Assembly: GCA_948440265.1 (NCBI GenBank)
Contig: CAOJOK010000007.1
Location: 658-64,657 of the forward strand
Direction: 5' to 3'
Source: an uncultured Clostridia bacterium
GTDB taxonomy: Bacteria; Bacillota; Clostridia; Christensenellales; Pumilibacteraceae
DNA: 64,000 bases
Below the pieces are notes generated by a model, which was given only the letters and a program-made list of their open reading frames with translations, was not told the origin of the DNA and ran no database searches. Each line of letters opens with the position of its first letter. The first letter of the stretch is position 1. Shown here in pieces: positions 1 through 7,946 of this stretch. The translations under genes were made by a program, and so were the position numbers.

Positions 1-2298
1 CTTCTTTGCGCCGTACGGCAGTTTCAAATCTATCTGCTTGCTCTTTTTGGACTTCAATTTGACAAGGCATACGCCCTTTTTCTTATCCCAGCCCATAGAC
101 ACGATTTCCGCGCCCGTGCGCGTGGCTATGCCGGAAATTTCTCCCCTATCCAACTTGGACGGCAGAGCCGGCAGAAGTTTTACCGTATTTTTGGACGACT
201 GCGCCAGCATTTCCTGCAAAGCGTTTGTCAAGCCCATATTCGCCACTACGGAATATGTAGCCCAAACGTCTATATCGGTTATACCCATTCCGCGCCAATC
301 GGACGCCGCAAGAATCAAGTTGTTCATAGACATCGTGCGCACCATAGCCGTCAATATATCCAGCACAAGGTCGCCCTCTCCGAAGCAGGCGAATATCGAC
401 GCGAACTGCGAAAGCGACAGCGAATTCTGTTTCTCCGAGCCGAGAGCGCATTTCTTTTTAGCCGCCGCCAAAAACGCCTTGAACAGTTCGGGCTTGTTCT
501 CGTCAATCTCGTATGCCGGAAAGACGGGATAGAACATTGCCGTGGAGGGCCGAGCATAGTTGTCGGCGAACTTGCCGTCTATATACTCTCTGACCGTGCC
601 GTCTTCGTTCATTTTATATGCAGGTATTCTAGTAAGCATATCTTTCCACATACCTATTTCGTTTTTGTATACGCCTGCCGCCTCACTGCCTTCTATCAAG
701 TTGGTCAGAAGGTCTTTTGCTATCGCAAAGTCCACGGTACTGTTTCTCGCAATCTTCAAGCCGTCGCCTTCGGCATAGTTGCCGGGGCAGGACGCAGGGC
801 TGAACGACGGACTGCTTTCGTACAAGCCGTCGCCTTTCACCTTGAAAAATTCGCCGTAGAACATAGCCGTTTCGCGCATAAACGGCAGAGCTTTTTCCTT
901 TAAGAACTTTACGTCGTCGGTGTACAGGTAGTAATCGTAGAACAGGCGGCATATCCAGCCTGCCACGCCCGTGAAGTGCAAGGTCTGCCCTTCTATATCT
1001 CCGAACGCGCCCGTTCCGTGCGCCATTTCGCTCGGCACCAGCAAGCCGCGGCAACCGTATATACGCGACGAGTTCTTTCTCAAATCGTCTATCACGCTGT
1101 CATAATAAGTGAACACGCTTTTGACGTACTCGCCGAGACCGCCTGCACAGACGTGGCTGTATGTGGTCTGCAATGCGCCGTCCGCCGTTATCGCGCTGTT
1201 CTCCGCCTTGAAATCGCCGCACCACACTCCGTACGGGGGCATAGGCTGAGACTGCGGAGAGGAGCCGGTTATCATCAAAAATCTGCCGAACGCCCAGAGC
1301 TTTTCCAAGAGCGTGGCGGAAAGCTCGCCGCTTCTGAACGCGTCGTCGAGCAGTGTGTCCGCGAACTCGTCGCGCTGTTCTCCGCCCAAGTCTATATCCG
1401 CAGTGCCGAACCACTTCGCGTGAAGGGCGGTATGCTCTTTAAGCAGTTTGTCGTAAGTGGATTTCGCAATCGTCGAAAGGCGCGGCTTCAGGTTCTTCCA
1501 CTCCTTTTCGCGCTGACTGCTTATAAACGGTTTGATTATCACCCAGACACGGTCCGCGCCCTTTATGGTTATGCCCTTTTGAGCGTCCACAGTCTGCGAG
1601 CCGCCGTAAGGACGGATATGCGCCACTGCGCCGAATTCCGTTCCGTCGTCGCTGCGCGCGGAAAAATACATAAAGTAATCTTCGTACTTCACGTTTACGC
1701 CGTCGGGCAGTTTGGACACCGCATTCAGCGTCCTTGCGTTGAACTTGTCGTGCATATCGAACGAGAAGTTGACCGTTATCGTCTTTTGTCCGACCTTGGT
1801 TATCTCATACACGAGAGCGTCCACTTCGGGCACGCGGGACACGAAAAGCTGACGTTCGTATTTCGTATAGCCGTCTTTATAGGAAACGCCGACTTCGCCG
1901 TTTTCCATATTGAGCGTTCTCACATACTCTTTCGGAGCTTTGTCTATCGGCATTTTGACGTGGAAATCGCAGAGCGGCAACGGATATGCCTTTCTGGGAT
2001 GATAGCCCTTTTGCATAAGCGCGTTGGAAAAAATGTTTTCCGCGTCGGCAAAAGAGTTTTCGTCCATCTTCTTGCGCACGTCTTTCAGTTTATCCGCAAC
2101 GTCCTGCAATACGCCGACGTGACCCTGCCACCACAGGTCGCTGTGGTTTATCATTATTACGTCGTGACCTGCGCCGCCGTATACGGACGCGCCTATGACG
2201 CCGTTGCCCGTCGGCAACGCTTCGCGCCAAGTACTGCCCCACCAGCTTGCCGGACGGGAGAATTTCAAAAAGTTCTTCGTTTTCTTTACGGTTGCCAT
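1..2298 (-). CDS. GH95-like glycoside hydrolase (alpha-L-fucosidase family), C-terminus cut by window edge
   Basis: Not in the ORF track because no stop lies inside the window. Hand translation of the minus strand from ATG 2298-2296 gives MATVKKTKNFLKFSRPASWWGSTWREALPTGNGVIGASVYGGAGHDVIMINHSDLWW ... KEHTALHAKWFGTADIDLGG ... LWAFGRFLMITGS. The frame stays open to nt 1 (766 codons). W..ALP.GNG..GA.V.GG and GR(F/Y)L.I..S are GH95-type motifs. Confidence 0.6.
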   Translation of the reverse strand, partial: MATVKKTKNFLKFSRPASWWGSTWREALPTGNGVIGASVYGGAGHDVIMINHSDLWWQGHVGVLQDVADKLKDVRKKMDENSFADAENIFSNALMQKGYHPRKAYPLPLCDFHVKMPIDKAPKEYVRTLNMENGEVGVSYKDGYTKYERQLFVSRVPEVDALVYEITKVGQKTITVNFSFDMHDKFNARTLNAVSKLPDGVNVKYEDYFMYFSARSDDGTEFGAVAHIRPYGGSQTVDAQKGITIKGADRVWVIIKPFISSQREKEWKNLKPRLSTIAKSTYDKLLKEHTALHAKWFGTADIDLGGEQRDEFADTLLDDAFRSGELSATLLEKLWAFGRFLMITGSSPQSQPMPPYGVWCGDFKAENSAITADGALQTTYSHVCAGGLGEYVKSVFTYYDSVIDDLRKNSSRIYGCRGLLVPSEMAHGTGAFGDIEGQTLHFTGVAGWICRLFYDYYLYTDDVKFLKEKALPFMRETAMFYGEFFKVKGDGLYESSPSFSPASCPGNYAEGDGLKIARNSTVDFAIAKDLLTNLIEGSEAAGVYKNEIGMWKDMLTRIPAYKMNEDGTVREYIDGKFADNYARPSTAMFYPVFPAYEIDENKPELFKAFLAAAKKKCALGSEKQNSLSLSQFASIFACFGEGDLVLDILTAMVRTMSMNNLILAASDWRGMGITDIDVWATYSVVANMGLTNALQEMLAQSSKNTVKLLPALPSKLDRGEISGIATRTGAEIVSMGWDKKKGVCLVKLKSKKSKQIDLKLPYGAKK

Positions 2299-2492
2299 AT
2301 ACCTCGTTTAAAGCTCCTATAAAAAAATTGTTTCTCGAAATATTATACCATTTAAAAGGCAAATTGTCTACCGTTAAACCCGAGTTTTCCCGCTTTTTTG
2401 TAAAAAACACCTATAAAAACACTGAAAATACCGCATAAAATATGCCCGCCGCTTCAAAAACGACGGGCATATATCGGGTTGCCTGTTTTTTC

Positions 2493-5138
2493 TTACAACG
2501 TAAGCGTGTAATCGAGAACGATGCCTGCGCGCAGATTGCCGTTGAGTTCGGGATATTTTTCGGCGATATAGGTCTTGACGGCGTTCCATTCTCTCAAGTT
2601 GTTTATATTGCCGTCGCTTCCCGCCCTATGCTCTACATAGTGAATATTCAGCGTGTTCACGCCTACGGCTTTCATCGTGAACGTATTTCCGTATCCGTAC
2701 GGCAAATGAACGGTGAGCGTTTCGTTGCCGTCGTTTTCCACGGTGTATTCGTTGTCGCCGCTCTTGAACGTCAGCTCGCTCACGCTTGCCGCGCCGCCGA
2801 GCGTTATCGTTATTTCGCTTCTCGCGCCGCCGTAAGTATTGAACGTATATTCTTCGCCGCTCTTGGTTACGGTCGGTTCCTGTCCGCTTAACACGACGTT
2901 GTTTGCCGTGTCGGTCTTGACGTACGCGCTCTTGTCCGAATCCCAATCGAAGCCGTCCAGCGACGCGCGCATATACTTATACGCAAGCTGGTCGTGCACT
3001 TCTATCGTGCGCTTTACCGTGGAATTGGTCTTTGTCCAGACGTACACCACGGAGTCGTTGTAAATGGCGTTGCGGTATCCGTAGCCGCCTGCGACTGCCG
3101 AACTGAACCCTGCGTTGAACGAGGAGAACAGTATTATCATAACCACGGAAATTGTCACGAGCAGGGTCACGCCCGCATAGTTTTTATATCTCCAAGGCAC
3201 GGGCTCTTTCGTGACTTCCTTGACCTTTTGTTTCGTGAATTTGCCCTTTTTGGCTCTGTCTTCCACGTCCTTGACGACGGTGCGCTCGAAGCGTATCTTT
3301 CTGGGCGGAAGCTTCTGTGCCAAGCCGTCCAGCACGGGTACGAGCTGTGTGAAGTACGGAGCGATGAAGCCTGCCGCAAGCAGGAACAGCGCCATTATCA
3401 CGGGAAGATATACCGCGTTCAAAACGGTGGCGGCAATCATTATCACGGGGATAATCATAGGCAGTGTGAAAATCAAGGGCACGGCGTACAGAAGCAGAGA
3501 GTCCATTGCGTCGCCCGTCTTTTCCCTGTACATTTCTTTAAGCAGCGTTACGGCAAGCATTACCGCCGCTTCGCCGATTGCCGTTATCGCAAAGAAGTAT
3601 GCCAGCGTGGGCGCCGCAAACGAGAGTACCGCGCCGAGCACGCCCCAAATGAATGCGGTGCCGCGCGCGATGTCCGCCGACCTTACCGCAAAGAGTTTTT
3701 TAAACAGATTGTAGAAGGCGAACGATATGGCAAGCGTGCCTATCATTGCCGAAATCACGAGACCGACCGACGCATAGCGCACCGTCGTCAGCGCGTGTAT
3801 GGGAAGTACGCCGAAGCCGACGAGCAGCAGGGCTATCAAAAAGTATGCCGCGAACGACACCGCAAGCGTCGCAATCAGCGTCAAGAGCTGTGCGGCGACG
3901 CCGCTTCCCATTTTCTTCATAGAAAATCCGCTTTTGGCGTCTTTCTTTCTCTTTATGATATTCACCGTCACGGTGCCTGCAAGCAGAAGCAGTATCAGTA
4001 CGCCCATAACATAGGACACGGCTTTGGGATAGTGCGCGACGCCCATATCGAGATAACTGAAATACACGGAATCGTCCTTGCCTTCCAGCGTGCTCAAATC
4101 GATTGCGCCGAAGGACTTGGCATAGCGTTCCATCATAGAATACTGCTGCTCCACCGAACCTTTCTTTACGTTTTCGGGGCTGTCGAGATAAGTATGGTAT
4201 ATATCCGTGCCGCCGACGTTGGCAAAGTCGAGCGCCGTTTTATCGTCGTAAATTTCGAAGTCTGTGAAGTTGCTCATCATACCGTATACGAAATTGGCAA
4301 TCGAGCTTGTGAACGCGCCGCCGTTTATTTTCGAATACTGTCCGATGAGAGCGGAGTTCTTGTCCGAAGTCTGGAACATAACGAGCGAACCTTTATTTCC
4401 GAGGTTGTCGAAATTGGCGCCCAGCCCCACTCTTTCGTATACGTTGTCGAAGCCTTTGAACTGATACTTGAACGCATAGGCTCCGTACATATGTTCTTCT
4501 TCCGCGTCGGTGAATACGAACACGAGGTCGTTTTTGTACGGGGAGTCGCCCTCGCCCATTTCCGTCATAACGGTGTTTATTACGCCGAGCATACTTGCCA
4601 CGGCAACGGCGTTGTCGCTTGCTCCGCCGCCTTCGGGACGGCTGTCGTAGTGCGCCATAAGCATTACCGCGTCGCCCTTATTGCCTGCCAGCGTATCCGT
4701 TCCCGGAATGACCGCGACTATATTATGCACGGTTTTGGAAACGACGATTGTACCCTTGTCCAAACTCTCTATCGACTGAACGGTTTCGGGGGTCAGCGTG
4801 CTTTCCTGTATGGTAAAGCTCGGCTGAACCTTTCCCGATTTGGTATGGAAATTCACGTTGAAATTTCCGTCGTCGTCGGTCTCGCCGTTTACCTGCGTCA
4901 AATCGCTCTTACTCAAAACGTCGGCTATATAATTACGCGCTTCCTGCATATTCGCCGCGTTGTGCGAATTGTGCGAAGCGGACGCTATCGCCGTGATGTG
5001 CCCGTTGACACTCTCCCACGCGCCTGCGAAAGTCTTGCTTCCGCCGCCGCCGTAAGTCGCGTCGGCAAAGCCGAGAGCGAGCGCGAGTATCAATAGCGCG
5101 CAAAGCACGGGATAATAGATACGTTTAAACAGTTTCAT
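2493..5138 (-). CDS. Polytopic membrane M28-family metallopeptidase
   Basis: 881-aa ORF with ATG start. N-terminal signal anchor, then M28 zinc-ligand motifs (MLMAHYDSRPEGGGASDNAVAVA; VFVFTDAEEEHMYGAYAF). About 8-9 hydrophobic helices follow (aa ~375-690), then a ~190-aa soluble C-terminal domain. Confidence 0.85.
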   Translation of the reverse strand: MKLFKRIYYPVLCALLILALALGFADATYGGGGSKTFAGAWESVNGHITAIASASHNSHNAANMQEARNYIADVLSKSDLTQVNGETDDDGNFNVNFHTKSGKVQPSFTIQESTLTPETVQSIESLDKGTIVVSKTVHNIVAVIPGTDTLAGNKGDAVMLMAHYDSRPEGGGASDNAVAVASMLGVINTVMTEMGEGDSPYKNDLVFVFTDAEEEHMYGAYAFKYQFKGFDNVYERVGLGANFDNLGNKGSLVMFQTSDKNSALIGQYSKINGGAFTSSIANFVYGMMSNFTDFEIYDDKTALDFANVGGTDIYHTYLDSPENVKKGSVEQQYSMMERYAKSFGAIDLSTLEGKDDSVYFSYLDMGVAHYPKAVSYVMGVLILLLLAGTVTVNIIKRKKDAKSGFSMKKMGSGVAAQLLTLIATLAVSFAAYFLIALLLVGFGVLPIHALTTVRYASVGLVISAMIGTLAISFAFYNLFKKLFAVRSADIARGTAFIWGVLGAVLSFAAPTLAYFFAITAIGEAAVMLAVTLLKEMYREKTGDAMDSLLLYAVPLIFTLPMIIPVIMIAATVLNAVYLPVIMALFLLAAGFIAPYFTQLVPVLDGLAQKLPPRKIRFERTVVKDVEDRAKKGKFTKQKVKEVTKEPVPWRYKNYAGVTLLVTISVVMIILFSSFNAGFSSAVAGGYGYRNAIYNDSVVYVWTKTNSTVKRTIEVHDQLAYKYMRASLDGFDWDSDKSAYVKTDTANNVVLSGQEPTVTKSGEEYTFNTYGGARSEITITLGGAASVSELTFKSGDNEYTVENDGNETLTVHLPYGYGNTFTMKAVGVNTLNIHYVEHRAGSDGNINNLREWNAVKTYIAEKYPELNGNLRAGIVLDYTLTL

Positions 5139-5241
5139 TAAAAACTCCTCTATGGTACGTTATACTCGATTATTTTACCACATTATAAATAAAATTACAA
5201 ACATTTTACGCCTTATTACGGAATTTTTTTGCCGCGCGGTT

Positions 5242-6204
5242 TCACGGCTGTTCCGCCGCTATGCCATTCTCATACTGCAAGAGCGCGCGCTTCAATTCCA
5301 CGCGCAACTCTTCCGCGACGAACGACGGCGAAAGCACCTTGACGTGACTGCCGAGCGAAAGCAGTTTTTTAAGCAGCAGGTCTTCCGAATAGACATACGC
5401 CGCCGCCGTGTATCCGTCCTGCGCCTGCCGTATGCAGTTTATGCCGAGCCACTCCTCCACCGCAGGCAGAGCGTCGCCGTCGAAAGCTATTTCTATGTAT
5501 ACCTTTTCGCGGTCGATAAATTCTTCGCGCAGTTTCTCGTACACGTCGCCGCCGTCGCGCAGTTCGAAGTTCTCGTTTTTGAGCGACAGCTCCTTTATTC
5601 TCGACAGCTTGAACAGACGGAAGTCGTTTCTGCTTCGGCAAAAGCCGTATACATACCACACGCCCTCTTTAAGCACCAGCGTGTACGGCTCGAAGTCGCG
5701 TTCCGTCTTGGAGCCGAGCTTGTCCACATAGGACATTCTCGTCACCCTGCTCTCGTCGATTGCGCGGTTTATCGCTTTCATTGTTCCGCGGTAATCGTTT
5801 GCGTTATGCCACGCCGAGCTGTCTATTATAAGGCGGTCGTTTTTGACGAGATATTTCTCGCTTTCGCTGTCGGCGCGCAGGCAGGATATTTTGTTCCTTA
5901 TAGAGTCGGTGACGCCGTCGCTTAATTCCTTTTCCACGGCGGACAGCGCGGTGAGCAGTCTGTCGTATTCGTCGGTCGTGAAAAACGCGCTGTTTAAGCG
6001 GTAGTTGTCGGCAATGGAATATCCGCCGCCGTAACCGAACGACGTGACGACGGGTATGCCGCAGTCCGCGCTCATAGCGTCTATATAGCGCGATACGGTG
6101 CGCTCGCTTATCTCGAACTTGGCGGCAAGCACTTCGCGTTTTATCGGTTTATCCGAGTTCAGCAGGGTTATGAGTATCCCGAACATTCCGCGCAGCATCT
6201 GCAT
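5242..6204 (-). CDS. WYL-domain (YafY-type) transcriptional regulator
   Basis: 320 aa. N-terminal HTH (EVLAAKFEISERTVSRYIDAM) and a WYL-type core (FEPYTLVLKEGVWYVYGFCRSRNDFRLFKLSRI). Confidence 0.85.
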   Translation of the reverse strand: MQMLRGMFGILITLLNSDKPIKREVLAAKFEISERTVSRYIDAMSADCGIPVVTSFGYGGGYSIADNYRLNSAFFTTDEYDRLLTALSAVEKELSDGVTDSIRNKISCLRADSESEKYLVKNDRLIIDSSAWHNANDYRGTMKAINRAIDESRVTRMSYVDKLGSKTERDFEPYTLVLKEGVWYVYGFCRSRNDFRLFKLSRIKELSLKNENFELRDGGDVYEKLREEFIDREKVYIEIAFDGDALPAVEEWLGINCIRQAQDGYTAAAYVYSEDLLLKKLLSLGSHVKVLSPSFVAEELRVELKRALLQYENGIAAEQP

Positions 6205-6325
6205 TTGTAAAAGTCCTCCGAAAAAAATTTTTAAAATTTCATAATTATTTTAAAATAAGTGACAGGCATTGTCAACCTTTATGTAGTATAATATGAGTAC
6301 AAAATGAATTTCGGAGGTAAAAACA

Positions 6326-6643
6326 ATGTACATAGCTATCTGCACAATGAAAAAAATCAAATGCGGCGAACCGCTCATAATCAAAAAGGACAGTTTATTC
6401 GACGAGCCGGGCGCGTTCACCGTCGGCGGCGAATTTTTGGGATACGTCTCGCAGGAGCAGCCCGACGGCTGTCTCGGCTATGAAACGGTATGCGGCTGCA
6501 TCGGCGCAAACAGAGTGTTTGCCAAAGGCGCGGTGGCGTTTGACAATCTGCTTGTCGTTTCCACGGACAGTCCCGTGTTCAACACGACAAAATACGTCCG
6601 CAAGGAAATCGAGGGTTACGGACTGCTTATGCCCGTCTATTAA
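6326..6643 (+). CDS. Small hypothetical protein (weak HIRAN-like pattern)
   Basis: 105 aa. ATG sits 8 nt after GGAGG (6313-6317). Divergent from the WYL regulator gene. GEPLIIKKDSLFDEPGAFTVGGEFLGYVS loosely resembles the HIRAN core, judged by eye only. Confidence 0.55.
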   Translation: MYIAICTMKKIKCGEPLIIKKDSLFDEPGAFTVGGEFLGYVSQEQPDGCLGYETVCGCIGANRVFAKGAVAFDNLLVVSTDSPVFNTTKYVRKEIEGYGLLMPVY

Positions 6644-6649
6644 GGCAGG

Positions 6650-7222
6650 CTATTTATACAAAAAGGAATACAGACCCTTATACAGTTTTACTCTTTTCAC
6701 ATAGTCGGCGGTTTCCTTTATCGGGAAGCCGTCGATATTTTCGTTCAGCCACAGCCGCACCTTGCCTTCCCCCGCATTGTATGCGGCGTACACATAGTCG
6801 CCGTCGAAGCGCTGTTTCAGATATGAGAGATAGTAACAGCCGAGGCGGATATTTACTTCGGGGTCGAAAATATCCTTGTCGTCGAACTTCTCGCCGATTA
6901 CGTCCGCGCAGAATCTTGCCGTGGACGGCATAAGCTGCATAAGACCCTTTGCGCCCGCCCTGCTTTCGGCATTGGGGTCGAAGCCGCTTTCCGCCTTTAT
7001 GACGGCGTACACTTCGGCTTTATCGAGAGAGAAGCGTTCCGCCGCGCTCTGCACCTGCTCCGCGTATTTTTCGGGGAACGCGCTTTTGAGAAACAAAAAC
7101 AGCAGCGCGATTGCAAGCACCGCCGTACACACAGGCAGAAAAAAAGCGCGCAGAGAAAACGAGCAGGTTTTACGCCTGCCCTTTACCGTCGATTGACTCC
7201 GTTCGATTTTCGTAACCGACAC
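6650..7222 (-). CDS. Membrane-anchored lytic transglycosylase (Slt domain)
   Basis: Motifs AVIKAESGFDPNAESRAGAKGLMQLMP and AAYNAGEGKV. The ORF-track start (TTG 7279) overlaps coaE. I prefer GTG 7222, preceded by GGGGAGGAAAA. Confidence 0.85.
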   Translation of the reverse strand: MSVTKIERSQSTVKGRRKTCSFSLRAFFLPVCTAVLAIALLFLFLKSAFPEKYAEQVQSAAERFSLDKAEVYAVIKAESGFDPNAESRAGAKGLMQLMPSTARFCADVIGEKFDDKDIFDPEVNIRLGCYYLSYLKQRFDGDYVYAAYNAGEGKVRLWLNENIDGFPIKETADYVKRVKLYKGLYSFLYK

Positions 7223-7254
7223 TTTTCCTCCCCTTGCCGAAACATTATAATATT

Positions 7255-7857
7255 TTAGCTCTGTTTTATTCTTTCGCAAATCTCGTTGTAGACCACGGAC
7301 GCTCTGTCGCGGAGCTGTTTTATATCGCCGTTGTTGTAAATGACGATATCGCTTTTCGCTTCGCGCTCGGCGTCGGTGAGCTGGGAATTTATGACCGCCG
7401 CCGCCGTCTGCAAAGACGACCCGTCGCGGCTCAAAATACGTTTTAGTCGCGTGTCCGTATCCGCCGATACGGTGACGGTTACGTCGACGATTTCGTCCAA
7501 GCCGCTCTCGAACAGCAACGGCGCGACGAGCAGTGCTATATCGCCGCCGTCAAAGTCCGCCAGACGTTTTTCTATCTCGGCGCGAATGAGCGGCTGCATA
7601 ATCGCGTCCAGCTTTTCCCTTTCCGATTTCTCCGCAAAAACCCTTTCGCGCAGAGCGCGTCTATTCAGGTTGTCGCCGTCGAAAAAAGGTTCGAATACCG
7701 TTTTAAGCCGTTTAAAGCCCGTCGTGCCCGGCTTTATCACGTCGCGCGCAATGACGTCGGCGTCGACAACCGCGGCTCCCAGCGTTTCGAAAATCGCTCC
7801 GACAGCAGTCTTTCCCGACGCTATTCCGCCCGTCAAACCTATTATATACGGCTTCAT
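7255..7857 (-). CDS. coaE: Dephospho-CoA kinase
   Basis: 200 aa. P-loop IIGLTGGIASGKTAV, typical CoaE length, and position next to polA. Confidence 0.9.
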   Translation of the reverse strand: MKPYIIGLTGGIASGKTAVGAIFETLGAAVVDADVIARDVIKPGTTGFKRLKTVFEPFFDGDNLNRRALRERVFAEKSEREKLDAIMQPLIRAEIEKRLADFDGGDIALLVAPLLFESGLDEIVDVTVTVSADTDTRLKRILSRDGSSLQTAAAVINSQLTDAEREAKSDIVIYNNGDIKQLRDRASVVYNEICERIKQS

Positions 7858-7946
7858 TATCTTTTATTACCTGCCTTTACCGTTATGCCATTGCCGACTT
7901 TTGTACGGCGAAAAAGTCACTGTTTTCTCAACCGAACGCCGCGTTT

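Noticed and set aside
6259-6292. Candidate promoter for the 6326 gene, using the TATAAT at 6287-6292.
   Set aside because: The only -35-like hexamers (TTGTCA 6269-6274 and GTGACA 6259-6264) give spacers of 12 and 22 nt, both outside the functional range. I therefore did not list it as a feature.
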